Shown here: one piece after another, positions 34,953 to 49,364 of the stretch | How positions within the stretch are numbered: the stretch's first letter is position 1 | Layout of the letters: every line of letters begins with the position of its first letter | Origin: Eledone cirrhosa | Lineage: Eukaryota | DNA: 64,000 nucleotides | Assembly (NCBI GenBank): GCA_964016885.1 | Contig: OZ024746.1 | Coordinates: 35,402,001 to 35,466,000, forward strand | Direction of reading: 5' to 3' | Program-made: the position numbers and the translations under genes | Notes under the pieces: generated by a model | The model's database searches: none | What the model was told of the DNA's origin: nothing | The model's input: the letters and a program-made list of their open reading frames with translations, nothing else

Positions 34953-35017
34953 TATTTCATTATACATATTTCAGGGATACCAAATTAAAATATGGTATGC
35001 CTTCATCGGACAAAATA
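34953..35017 (-). ncRNA. Mirror hammerhead copy with core mutation (CCGAUGA)
   Basis: Reverse complement of the 35307-35371 motif with CUGA changed to CCGA. Confidence 0.6.
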
Positions 35018-35306
35018 CAATATATAAACAGTTTTATAAAAAATGTTGACGTACCCTATTAGATGCGACCATTATTTTTGGAAGCTGTCTTTATCTCAAA
35101 CAATATACAGCCCCCCCCCCCGCCCGAGTCTCTCCATCATACGGATGGAGAGACTCGGGGGGGGGGTGCTGTGTGGAGAGAGGAGGATAATAACTTTCAT
35201 ATGTCTACCCTTGCAATATCTTGTTTGAGATGAAGACAGCTTCCAAAAATAATGGTCGCATCTAATAGGGTACGTCAACATTTTTTATAAAACTGTTTAT
35301 ATATTG

Positions 35307-35371
35307 TATTTTGTCTGATGAAGGCATACGATATTTTAATTTGGTATCCCTGAAATATGTATAATGAAATA
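35307..35371 (+). ncRNA. Type I hammerhead motif (family C)
   Basis: TATTTTGT-CTGATGA-AGGCATAC...GTATCCCT-GAAA-TATGTA-TA-ATGAAATA. Confidence 0.78.
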
Positions 35372-35683
35372 AATATGGTTTTATAAATATAGTTTCCATT
35401 TATTTAATATCGTATATATATATTTATATATATATATATTTATATATATATAAATATATATATCTATATATAAATATATATATATATATTTATATATATA
35501 TAAATATCTATATCTATATATAAATATATATATATATATTTATATATATATAAATATCTATATCTATATATAAATATATATATATATATTTATATTTATA
35601 TATATATAAATATATCTATCTATATAAAAATATATATATATATAAATATATAAATATATATATATATATTTATATTTATATAT

Positions 35684-35963
35684 ACTAGTACAGCGTTCCT
35701 TTGTCAGTGTTGAACAAATGAGCAACGGTGGTTGCTAGACACTACTGCTTAATACGGGATGTTTGTTTACAAACACACCGAGCATTATAATAAATGTTCG
35801 GTGAATCCATACGTGCATATATATATGTGTGCATGTATGTATATATATATATACGTACTACTGTACGTCGGTATACATATATGTATGTACGTGTACATAC
35901 TTATATTTAAGTAACAGCCGTACTAAGATTGGGAAATGAAATATCGTTTCATTTTTTCCGTTT
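35684..35963 (+). mobile_element. Diverged family B copy starting at the HHR stem III
   Basis: Begins ACTAGTACAGCGTTCC and ends TTCATTTTTTCCGTTT then TA; inverted relative to 36139-36918. Confidence 0.8.
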
Positions 35964-35987
35964 ATATATATATAAATATATATATAA

Positions 35988-36018
<31 letters not shown>

Positions 36019-36038
36019 CATTTATATATATATACATT

Positions 36039-36087
<49 letters not shown>

Positions 36088-36094
36088 ATACATT

Positions 36095-36138
<44 letters not shown>

Positions 36139-36423
36139 AATGGAATAGAATGAAACGAAATTTCATTTCTCACTCTTTGTACGGCACTTACTTAAATGTA
36201 AGTATGTATGTATGCATACGTACACACATATATGTATACAGACCTACAGTAGTATGTATATATATACATACATGCACACACATATATATGCACGTATCGG
36301 TTTATCGAACATTTATTATAATGCTCGGTTTGTTTGTTTGTAAACAAACAAACAAACACCACGGATTACGCCGTACAGTGTTTAGGCAATCACGTCACCT
36401 TTTTGTTCAACACTGATACAGGA

Positions 36424-36466
36424 ACAATGTACTAGTTTCAAACTTATTAGCTATCGTCAGCATCGT
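36424..36466 (-). ncRNA. Minimal type I hammerhead motif (family B, copy 1)
   Basis: Minus: ACGAUG-CUGACGA-UAGCUAAUAAGUUU-GAAA-CUAG-UA-CAUUGU; differences from copy 2 are G-U wobbles. Confidence 0.85.
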
Positions 36467-36860
36467 ATACCTTCCTACCAGATGGTTGAACGTCTGAAAG
36501 TATGTACTTTCCTTATACATATTAACGGCTGAGCATCCCAATTTGCATATCGAGTGAGTTTAGTCGGCTGGGCTCACCGAAAACGATAAATGGAATAGAA
36601 TGAAACTAAATTTCATTTCTCACTCTTAGTACGGCACTTACTTAAATGTAAGTATGTATCTATGTATACGTACATACATATATGTATACAGACGTACAGT
36701 AGTATGTATTTTATATATACATACATGCACACATATATATATATGCACGTATCGGTTTACCGAACATTTATTATAATGCTCGGTTTGTTTGTTTGTATAC
36801 AAACAGCCCGTACATTGTTTAGGCAACCAAGTCACCTTTTTGTTCAACACTGACACAGGA

Positions 36861-36903
36861 ACGATGTACTAGTTTCAAGCTTATTAGCTATCGTCAGCAT
36901 CGT
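36861..36903 (-). ncRNA. Minimal type I hammerhead motif (family B, copy 2)
   Basis: Minus: ACGAUG-CUGACGA-UAGCUAAUAAGCUU-GAAA-CUAG-UA-CAUCGU; perfect 6-bp stem I, palindromic CUAG loop. Confidence 0.9.
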
Positions 36904-36918
36904 ATACCTTCCTGCCAG

Positions 36919-38400
36919 GCGTCTAACTATGGCATACCGCCTTTGTATGGGCTCCGCAAATACCACAAGACAGTCGACGACCCGACAACAGGACCACCAA
37001 CAAGACCTGTATGCGGAGCAAATATAGCTAGCAAATACAGGATCTCCTACTTCCTCTCAATAGTTATACACCCCATAATCAAGATGTCCCCAGATGTATG
37101 TGACAGTACAGAGGACCTCCTCAGCAGAATCAGTGAGTGCAACAAAAACAGGAACCTATCCAACTGCATAATAGGCAGTATGGATGTGGTATCACTGTAC
37201 CCATCCAGTAATATTGATTTTGATGTGGAAAAATGTGTGGAGATGATCATTGAGAGTGAGGTGGAGTTCTGCGACGTCGACACAGACGAACTGGGCCTCC
37301 TACTTAGACTTACCTACGACACTGACTACCTTGACAGCCATGACCTTAGACCTTTTTGCCCCAGTAGACTCATAAGAGGTAGATCCCCCACCATAACCTC
37401 AATGGCTCCCATGGGAAGGTGGATTGGGTGGACCAAAGCTACACGGACCTCCAAAAACAATGATCAGGTAAGAAAAATGGTCGCACATGCAATAGGGGCT
37501 AGTATCAAAACTACCCTAAAGGGCCACATATTCAAGTTCAACGAGAAGATCTACAGCCAAAATGAGGGAGCAGCCAAACTGTTTATGGTATGGTGGGAAA
37601 GGAGACTCAAAGATCTCCTTGATGAGAGCTCCATAGACCTCATCATGTACTCTCGTTACGTAGACGATATCAATATAGTAATAAGGACATCCCCACCAGA
37701 GAGTACTAGCAAGTTTGAATTAGAACATAGCACAATGGAAAGGATCCAGCAGATAGCTAATTCCATGCACCAGAGTATAACTGTAACTATCGACTACCCT
37801 TCCAAACACCCTAACAATAGACTACCTGTATTAGATACGGAATTCTGGATTAACACTATAGACGAGAGAGCCCACATTCTCCACTCACACTATGCTAAAT
37901 CCATGGCCTCCAAATACCTGATACTCAAAAACTCAGCAATGTCCAGCAGTGCTAAGTTTAATATTCTGATCGCAGACTTGGTACGAGTGATGAAGAACGT
38001 GTCCCACATGTGCGACCAACAGAAATGTAAAGACACATCCAACACTTCATCAACCGCATGCAGTTCTCTGGATACAACCAAAGAGACAGAATCCGAGTAT
38101 ACGAAGGAGCCACGGAGAAGTATATGACCCTCATAGAACTGGACATGAAAGGAGCAAATTATACAGGAGCAAATCATGGAATAGCTTAGATAGGACTAAT
38201 TATAAGATAGGGAAAGCCACCTCATGGTACGACAACTAGAGATACCAGAGTGTCATGTTAGTGGACGCTACCCCTGGAGGGAAATTAGCTAACCTGTGTA
38301 GAAAGGCCCCGAGAAAGACCCACTTAAAGATTAAGGCGGTAGAAAAGCCAGGAGCCACCATACAATCCCTGATCTGCAAAACCTACCCTTTTAAGAAAAC
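36919..38400 (+). pseudogene. Penelope-like element reverse transcriptase fragment (Nematis-like, inferred)
   Basis: PPLYGLRKYHK, PTRPVCGA, SMDVVSLYP, KLFMVWW, YSRYVDD, LPVLD motifs. Motif B looks deleted (QNEG|AAKLF). Frameshift near 38020, then YQSVMLVDATPGGKLA...VEKPG...TYPF; ends before the endonuclease. Confidence 0.9.
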
Positions 38401-39084
38401 CCAGAAGGCGGCGGAGTGATAGAGTGAAATAGATACACTGTGCTAGAGAAGGTCGTGACAGTAACAGTTGCAGAGAGAGGAATAATGTTAAAGCACTTTG
38501 ATTGTATACTGTAGTGGTGGTCTAGAAGTTGGTAATAACTACATACAAAAGAAAGTACGGGATAGTTATATCCAAAAGAATGGAGAAGGTGAAGGAGCGA
38601 TGAGAAGGATGATGATATATGAGAAATTAGAGCCTCACGCGAAAAACGATAGGATATTCAAACAGAGTAACATTTATAAATATATAATAGATTACGGCTC
38701 TGTTTTCAATAATTCGAAACAAAGGCAAAATAAATACTTAACAAATATTTAATACAATATATATTTAATTTGATGTTTGAAGTAATGTTTAATACACGTT
38801 ATTACCAGGTTAAAGATAAATTTGACCTCAGTGAGATCAACACTCATAAAGTAAACGGATAAATTTAAAAAATAAATGAACAGAACTATAATAACAATGC
38901 TATCGGGAGTTAAATGCAAACATTGTTAATGCAAACATTTTATAAGTGAGAAATTCAACTCATGATCGTTTAGATACAAGGTCCTTAGGGAATAAATAAC
39001 GTTGATTCTCAGTAGCTTATCCAATCCGCTACCAACTACTGCTAGATAAACTGCAACTGGTGCAGCTGGTCATTGGGGTGGTAC

Positions 39085-39530
39085 TCTACACTCTTTTGCA
39101 GTCATTCGTCGCCACTCGTCCCGCGTAGAAGGTTATATAGGTGTTGTGACCAGTTGATGTTGTCAGACAGGGATTTTCTTTGTTTCTTCTTCGCCCTCGC
39201 CAGACTGTGCCCTCAAGAATAGGTTGGGATAAGAAGTAGTGACGGGATTTTGACCCTACAAGCAAGCTCCCTTATTTTTACTATCGCAAGGAATGGTTAC
39301 TGTCTTCAGTATATTTGTTGATTTGCTGCCTGATAAAGCTGTTTCTTTTGTGATCCGTATGACAAATATTGAAAGTACACATTAGATATTTTTAGATTTG
39401 CTGAAGTTAAGCGGTTAAAACGATTAATCTGAATCTCCTCCCCACAAACACAAGATAGTTCGATAGTCTTTCGTGGGCATATTTCCCTTTCCTCATGAAA
39501 TAAAATAGACGGTCTGAACAAGGGAAGCAC
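39085..39530 (-). mobile_element. Decayed RTE-type LINE 3' region
   Basis: Broken minus-strand frames read AIVK..ELA..G...RH..LSQPILEGTV...KQRKSLSDNINW, like RTE C-termini. Confidence 0.55.
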
Positions 39531-40743
39531 CTTAATGATTCCTCATGTCAGCAATCATTTTCCTGCTGTTGGATTCTTCTCCTACCTCATCAATGATTTA
39601 CTTTTCCAAATGAAATTATCGTTTTAGTTGTAGACATTTTAAACTTTAACACGATTTTCATGCCAATCAGCGTGACATAATATTGCTAAGCAGCACTTTG
39701 ACTTACACGTACAAACAAAAGGGCAAGCGCTGAGGAGAATAAACCTCAAAATTGGTCTGGTATTTAACGTGTTAGAAAGTATGAAAGGTAAATTGATCTT
39801 AATGATATTTGAACCAGTTGTAGAGAGAAACGGAATGGATTTTCCAATTTGCCGTATTACGTAGTTGAGCTCTTCGGTTTTGCAGAGTTAAACACTAAAA
39901 TAACGTATTGACAGTATGTGGATACGAAACCCTGATTTGATGCCTTGTACCCTAGTACACTATCTTAGCTGCTTTGACCAACGATACACCAAATTCTTAT
40001 TCAGAGAAGGATTTACCTCTTATCCGCTTAACGGATCGGCTATCGGATTCAAGCACCTGTCCAGTATTGCTTCATGTTTGGAAAGGATTAACTCAGTCAA
40101 GTTATCTAATCCGTTAATGATTGCCAATCCGACCAAGGTACATCTACGTGGTCGCTCGATCTGCTGAGTATAGCAGCCAAATCTTTCCCGAATAATGTAC
40201 CATCTTATATACATTGTGATTCAATAACACATGATGGGCTTATGGTTAGAGCATTATTGACTGGACATTTATGATATGTTTCTCTAGCATTAAATTTGAT
40301 GTGAAAAAGAAAACTTCCGTGGATAAGTCACACGAACCTGACTTGCAACTTCAGTCGTTAATTTTCTTCCTCACAGTAAATTGAAACAAATAATTAAATG
40401 TAGTGAAAGACGAAATGCCTGTAGGGGTAATGAGCTCTCAGTAATTGAGCTGTCAATTTAAATAGTTTATCAATTCATCCATTCTATCCAATCGTTCATT
40501 AATTTCTATTACTATTTCGTATGTAAAATATTTCCATGTTTTGTGTTAGTTCTCACATTATCTAAACAATTCAAAAATTCAATAATACGCAAAGCCACGG
40601 GTGATGCATGATGGCTGTAGTATGGCCGAATCACATGCGGAGTTGATTAAGATATTGTCATCGTATGTGTTTTATTTGATCGATGCAATTTCTCTCATTT
40701 GCAAATCTCTCATTTGCGAAAAGCTACGGATAATACTTGATCA

Positions 40744-41030
40744 TTAGTCTATGATAATATTAGGTTGACCACATACTACGAAATATGGCATACTATTTGC
40801 AAAGTCGACAAATCGTTCACCGCTGTCATTATAAAATGTAATAAAATTGTATTTCGCCGAAGCAATATCATACAATACTAGAAAATTCTCTGAACATTCG
40901 GAAGCTTTTGCGGACGCGGTATGACGTTTGTAGAGACCAACAATGACAATTAATTTCAGCAGAATAACACGGCAATTGCGTTTGGCCAAATGATTTATTG
41001 TATCATCACCGAATATTCCAAGTCCAGGAA
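40744..41030 (-). mobile_element. Decayed LINE APE endonuclease remnant (RTE-like)
   Basis: TWNIR and NDSGERFVDF motifs in minus frames; heavily degraded. Confidence 0.4.
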
Positions 41031-41073
41031 AGTTGTAAAGTAAATAAAAATGTTTATTCTTTTACAGATTTTT

Positions 41074-41256
41074 AATAATTGTTTCTACTTTAGGCACAAG
41101 GTCTGTAATTACTCCAGGAAATTACTGGTACTTTATCGACAACTTAATAATGAAAGGCAAAGATAACTACGGCGGGATTTGAACTCAGACCACAAAGGGG
41201 CGTAACACTATGCTGCAAAGCATAGCGTTCGACCCTTTGGCGATACTGTCAATCCA
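41074..41256 (-). mobile_element. tRNA-type SINE
   Basis: Homologous to 56747-56931. Confidence 0.85.
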
Positions 41257-41319
41257 AAATGAGGACAATTAGTTTTCACACACATGCACTCCACCCCCAT
41301 ACACACACATTCACCCCAA

Positions 41320-41632
41320 TATATATTGAAAAACAACTTCACCTGCAGCTCAGAGAACCTGATCTATTTAATCACATGTGGTGGGTGTCGACATACCTAC
41401 ATAGCGCAGGCGGGTGTGTCATTATGCAAAAGAATGACCTTCCATCACCAGCAAATCCGTGACGTAAACTCAAGAAAAATAACCTCAAGTGGCCACATTG
41501 CAGATTGCGCAGGAATGACCCTACTCAACTTTAAAATCTTCTCCCTTTATAAGTGCTCACATTCTTTCAAGCAACAAAATAGAATAAATAAATAAAAAAG
41601 TATTTCTTAACAAATTTAAACCAAAATTATAT
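41320..41632 (+). pseudogene. PLE GIY-YIG endonuclease fragment (Neptune-like, inferred)
   Basis: FTCSSENLIYLITCGGCRHTYIAQAGVSLCKRMTFHHQQI...SGHIADC...FKIF, ending near KFKPKL. Confidence 0.78.
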
Positions 41633-41735
41633 ATGTAATCGCCCCCATTAGATTATTCATCTGGACCTATTAACTAAGCACACACACATAGACAGACAGA
41701 TCAATATATTTGTACACATAGACTCATGTGTGTAC

Positions 41736-43091
<1,356 letters not shown>

Positions 43092-43112
43092 TTTATATAT
43101 ATATATATACAT

Positions 43113-43117
<5 letters not shown>

Positions 43118-43190
<73 letters not shown>
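43118..43190. repeat. (CT)n microsatellite
   Basis: Direct reading. Confidence 0.95.
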
Positions 43191-43201
<11 letters not shown>

Positions 43202-43455
43202 TATATGAGTGTGTGTACCTACACGGAGACACACTCACACATACACACACATACGCTTTAAAACCATATTCCTAAAATAGCATTTCTTTTACAATTCTAT
43301 AGATTTGTCAATCCTATATACATCCCTCCCCTAAAGCAATTGTCTCTAGCTTAAATTTCCCCTCTTCGTCACCCCCAACTGAACTCTTGACCAGTTCTTT
43401 AACACAATTAAGATACCCACACATATATACAGAACATTTCCTCCCCCTAAAAACA

Positions 43456-43468
43456 CTACTACTACTAT

Positions 43469-43509
<41 letters not shown>

Positions 43510-43510
43510 T

Positions 43511-43558
<48 letters not shown>
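43456..43558. repeat. (CTA)n microsatellite
   Basis: Direct reading. Confidence 0.95.
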
Positions 43559-43880
43559 CTATCTCTATATATAAGGTTCCGTTTTAGACCCTGTCTTCCT
43601 TCCAGACCTTCTTCAACAATTAATTTTAAATTGTTTATCTTTAATTCTTTTTTAATTCTTTATAATTGCTATATTTAATATTTGATAAGATGGATTACAT
43701 CGATACATCGAAAGGGGTAATATTTTATATATTTTATATACTTTATAAAACTCCTTTTTTAAAAAAAGAATTGTTCATCTTATTTTTACAATAAAATCAC
43801 TTTGACGGATCAAAGAAGAAAAAAAATAAAATAGATTTTTAATTATATTTGCCGTGCTATTTCCAACCCTACTTCCCATG

Positions 43881-44740
<860 letters not shown>

Positions 44741-45037
44741 GTCTGCTATCAAGAGATTAAACAATACTGTCTGAGGTTGCTGCGCTTCCGTGGATCATGT
44801 ATATGGGGGCGATGGGCTTCAGACAATGTGAACAGAAGCTTTGGGCTTTGTCAGACGTAGTTTCCAGCCAGAGATCGTGACTAACACAAGCATTCTGCGG
44901 CGGAGTTTCTTATTTGGGTATGGTCTCCATCAAATATAATAATATCTCTTTCAGCACAATATTTCACAGCAAGAATCTTGCAAAACAAATACATAAGCTA
45001 ATATATATATATATTAGGTTATGTATTATGTATTTAA

Positions 45038-45959
45038 CTCAACATTAAAACCAATGTAGGAAAAACATTTCTAGCCCTCTTAGATAGACACTTTCCGATA
45101 GGTCATAAATACCGATCCATCTTTAACCGGCACAAAGTTAAACAAGGATACTCCTGCGCTAAGAACATTAAGGCCCACATCACGAGCAGCCCTAGGAGCA
45201 ACACCCCACCAGGGTGCTCTTGCCGTAAGCCTGAAGCTTGCCTCCTTCAACAGCAATGCAACACACCAGCTGTAATTTATGAAGCTGTGGTCGCTTTCAA
45301 CCGACCAAACGAACCACAGGAGGTCAAATCCTATGTGGGCATGGCGGAGGGCCGATTTAAGCAATGTTTCCTGAACCACCAGTCTAACTTCAGGTACCCG
45401 TACATACGTTCATCCACGAAACTCGGGAGCCACGTATGATCCCTCAAGGACTCAAGTATAGACTACTCCATTCAATGGAAAGCCATCAATAAGTCAAAGC
45501 CATACGCAAGGGGAAATCCGACGTGTGGCATATGTATTGACGAACGAATAACTATTCTAAAGAGATTACGCAATAGTGATTGCCTAAACACGAGTTATGA
45601 ATTTTTCACACGTTGTCCACACGTCGCCAAACACCTATTGCATAACTATAAGGCTCCGGACTGATTCTTTGTAATTTTATTTTCAACCTAAAAACTTTTC
45701 GGACTTTCGCAGTTATCTCCCTTACACCTCTCGCACGCAGTCTAGTATTGTCTGTGTGAAGTGACCGGGTTTCTGCGCATGCGCGTTGGTACGGTTGTCC
45801 TCCCTGTTCCTATAACCATGCCCATTCCGAGCTGAGGATCCGCTAAGGTGAAACAATTGTTCTCGGTATAATGAACTAGCTGTTGTGTAACCGCTTCTAC
45901 CTAGCTGGTCCCATGGACGAGTGCTCTACCACTACCGATATTACCTTCCAGTGTTCCAC

Positions 45960-45962
<3 letters not shown>
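45038..45962 (+). mobile_element. 5'-truncated PLE (Hydra-clade-like, inferred): GIY-YIG region plus HHR tail
   Basis: Frame 45041-45664, absent from the ORF track: KTNVGKTFLALLDRHFP...IFNRHKVKQGYSC...CSCRKPEAC...VIYEAVV...YVG...CGICIDE...LN...RCPH. One in-frame TGA at 45437-45439; tail ends CCACCAC then (TA)n. Confidence 0.88.
45827..45866 (+). ncRNA. Minimal type I hammerhead motif in PLE 3' tail (family E)
   Basis: CCGAG-CTGAGGA-TCCGCTAAGGT-GAAA-CAATTG-TT-CTCGG; 5-bp stem I, palindromic stem III. Confidence 0.82.
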
Positions 45963-45997
<35 letters not shown>

Positions 45998-47524
45998 AAG
46001 AGACATATATAATTCACATGGTACATCCTAATAACCCATAGTAAGGTACTTTCACTAAAAAGGATCAACATTTCGAATTTTTGTTATTTTTGTTTATATA
46101 GTGAAACATGAAGCAAACCAGTGTCGAATTCTGATATACAATCTTAAGGAAATATATAAACGCGCACGTGCACGTGCACCCACCCACACACACACACACA
46201 CATATATGTACAGTAAGTTGTGAAATTTTTCTTTCGCAGTGCGTGCAGTTCAGGGCGATCTAAGAAGAGTAAGATACTGGGAGCAGGGACCACTCTCTCT
46301 CTCTATATATATATACGGATATATAGGGAAGAGTGGGAGGGGGTACCTATATATCTTATTATTGATTCCCCATCGATTTCGATCAACTGAACGTCTGACA
46401 TCTTAATTAACGTGCAAGGGATTTAATATTTTTCAGTCACATGAAATTGAAACTTATCTCTTAGGTATACTCCGCGTGACTCACCGTACCTCTTCACCTA
46501 ATGTCTCGCAAAAGGCTTGGGTTGTCTCCAATATATGCTATAATGACGTGTTCAAGTCATAGAACCCCAACCCTCATCATTGCGAAGCGAACTTTTTTCC
46601 CACTCAAACATGCATACTTAATCCAACAGCATCACGATTTTAGCTTGCTTCTTTCAAATGATTTTAGTGCTATAAAATAAAAGGTAGCTCCCAACCAGAA
46701 ACTTGAATGCGGTTAGCGGTCCCAAACAACACCACTTATATCATGTTCAAAAGCCTTTTGTTACCTATGACCTAATAGAACTTATAAGAATTTAATTTCC
46801 GGGCATTTGTATTTTAGAGATATTTGACACATGTCTTTCGCAAATTCTTCGTCGCATTAAAAGCGAATCTGTTTGCTCCCCAATTAAGGGTCAAAATCAC
46901 GACGTTCAATTTCATTAGATATTTATTTTAATTTATTCCAAATATATGACATTCAATTTAGATATAATGTTTGATCTGTTGATTATAACTGCTCCAGAAT
47001 AATTATACAACTGACGTGTCGCTCCGTGCCATGGTGTCGAAAATAGAATTAAAATGTCGAATCAGCTTTCAGTCGTCATAATATGAAGATTGTCCATGGT
47101 GATCTCTGCATCAACTTTTTATGCGTTCTCGAATTCAATAGAATCGTATGATTTCAAATTCTCATTCAAATATTTTCATTCTATTAGAAAATTTGTCAGA
47201 TCATTCTCTTGAAGAGACTTTCACAATTATAATCGGCAGATCATTGCCAACAAAGATATTGCCGCAAATTCAGTTCAGACCTAGTCAAATTCATCTAAAA
47301 ATTAAAACACACTTTATGACTCATTTTCGTTTGAAATTTCCGTGTTAATTTGATTTGAATTTCAAAGTTCATTCAAATCTGTCTAATTGCATTTAAAATA
47401 TAAAGCTGCGGAAGATTAATGTTTTTACGAGAAATATAGCACTAGCGAATGTCTATTTAGAATAAAAATAATAAATTTTGTTCATATATATTTGCTGCTT
47501 TTTAATTTTATTATCTAGTCAGTA

Positions 47525-48110
47525 GAATGGCAGTGAATTCGTACAATCGCTACAGCCTGGGACAAAATACATTGTGGCCTATAGTTATTGCACTTTCCGT
47601 TCGTGATCAAGTAACCCAGAGTTCAGCTTCTCCATTCACCCTTCTGGGATCGATATAATGAAGTACTAGCCAGGCACAGAGTCCAATTTACTGACTAAGT
47701 CCTTCCCACAAATAGGTGACATTGTGTCTAAGTTAGAAATCATTATTTAGTCAGCATAGTGTAGAAGAATGCCAAAACATCAGAACATGTAGAGCCTCAG
47801 GCAGAATGATTTGCAGCATACATTTTGGCACTTTTCGTTCTGAGTTTGAATTCTGTCAAGGTCAACTTTCATCTTCATACTACATGAACAGATAAAACCA
47901 AAGTACCAGTCAAGTAACATGGTTTAATTAATCGCGTTTCCCTTGCTCCCCTCTCTTTACAAAAATGAGAAACAATTATATAGTCGGTGAATTGGCAGAA
48001 TCATTAGAACATCGGACAAATGTTTTGGGGCTTTTAGTTACTGCCCTTTACATTCTGACTTCAAATCTCGCCAAGATTAACTTTGCCTTTCAGTGTCGCA
48101 TAAAATAAAG
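47525..48110 (+). mobile_element. Cluster of about three old, degenerate SINE copies
   Basis: Repeated TGGCAG(A)AT heads, GAGTT(C/T)(A/G)AAT B-box-like segments and TTTCATC/GATA..AAGTAC cores. Confidence 0.6.
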
Positions 48111-48776
48111 CAGAATGTCGATATAACAGGTGTCGATATGCCAAAATAGAGATCATGTACAGGTTTATGCCATTTATTGCATGGTTGATTTCCGTGACAC
48201 ATAAAGGCTTTTTTAGTAAATTGACAGCGTCGTTAGAGCATACTATATTTGTTCCAGCTCCCTGATCTCCGACTTGAAATTCAGTTGCTGCCAATTAAAT
48301 AATTGATTAAGGTTGACGTATTATCTGAACCTAAAATAAAACCTAGTCTTTGCAGTGGAGAACCTCGTATTTCTGATGTACTTTGACAATCCTATATCAA
48401 TGATGCCACAGTTAGAGGGTACCAAATATTGAGATGTCTAACACTTGTAGATATTTAGTATTCATGCTTAAAGTGGGCGTGTTACAATTTATATAATTCG
48501 TATTTATTTTGCTGATGTTGTTGGAAGAGACAACCTCACTACAACAACGTTTCCGTTCAGGAAAACAGTGCAAGTCTCACGTGAATTGTTTAGTTTCTAT
48601 GTCATAGTGAGTAAGTCATTAATATACAAAAACATTAAAAGAATGGAGTGTGAGTAATAATCTGTCTGAAGTATCTCGGAAGAATCTTCTTATCTAAAAG
48701 ATGAGAGATGGTTGGAGAAAGTAGGTGGGTAGCTTAAGTCACCAACGGTGAATCAATGATGATGATTCACACACTC

Positions 48777-48832
<56 letters not shown>

Positions 48833-48944
48833 TATATATATATATATATATTTATATACATACATATGTGTGTGTGTGTGTGTGTTTGTGCACGTGCGTG
48901 TGTGTTTGTGTGTGTGTGTGTGTGTGCGCGCGCAGGTATATATG

Positions 48945-49012
<68 letters not shown>

Positions 49013-49296
49013 TATATATATATATAGTTCAAGAATACATAGGACAAACACAGACACTTAAACCATAGTTTTATTAGTTACACTCTTGAGAATAGAGAAA
49101 AAGAAATAGGAAACAAGAAGTAAATGGATATGTTAATATATCGGACATATGTCCTTCTTCGGGAAATAGCAATGTTGCGAGAGAGAGACAGCAGATTAGA
49201 ACAACTGAGGTTGGAAGGTCGAAAATCAAAATATTAAGAACTGTGAGGAGGGTAGGAGACTAATCTGGCCCTGGGAGGTGGGGACCGAGGTGGTGA

Positions 49297-49364
49297 GACC
49301 AGATGTACCATGTGACCAGATGTATCACGTGACCAGATCTATCATGTGACCAGATGTATCATGT
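49297..49364. repeat. 17-bp minisatellite x4
   Basis: GACCAGATGTATCATGT consensus, four contiguous copies. Confidence 0.9.

Larger units (their letters stand above)
34821..35417. mobile_element. Foldback HHR element, family C, TA-flanked
   Basis: About 197-bp inverted arms 34907-35103 / 35221-35417; GC-rich hairpin in the spacer (35108-35170); terminal 34821-34920 recurs inverted at 57408-57510. Confidence 0.88.
36139..36918 (-). mobile_element. Tandem HHR repeat, family B (about 1.75 units of 437-450 bp; retrozyme/pseudo-LTR-like)
   Basis: AATGGAATAGAATGAAAC at 36139 and 36589; HHR motifs at 36424 and 36861; TA tract on the left, RT fragment on the right. Confidence 0.88.

Noticed and set aside
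45437-45439. In-frame TGA as selenocysteine (selenoprotein PLEs exist in the Naiad clade)
   Set aside because: Position fits a Trp (HVW-like), so TGG to TGA decay is simpler; no SECIS recognised. The same applies to the transposase TGA at 3232.
49130-49168. Minus-strand HHR candidate CCGAAGA-A-GGACATATGTCC-GATA
   Set aside because: Both core boxes mutated and no convincing stem I; at most a decayed remnant.
49297-49364. CRISPR-like repeat
   Set aside because: Contiguous 17-bp units with no spacers, eukaryotic context, no cas genes.
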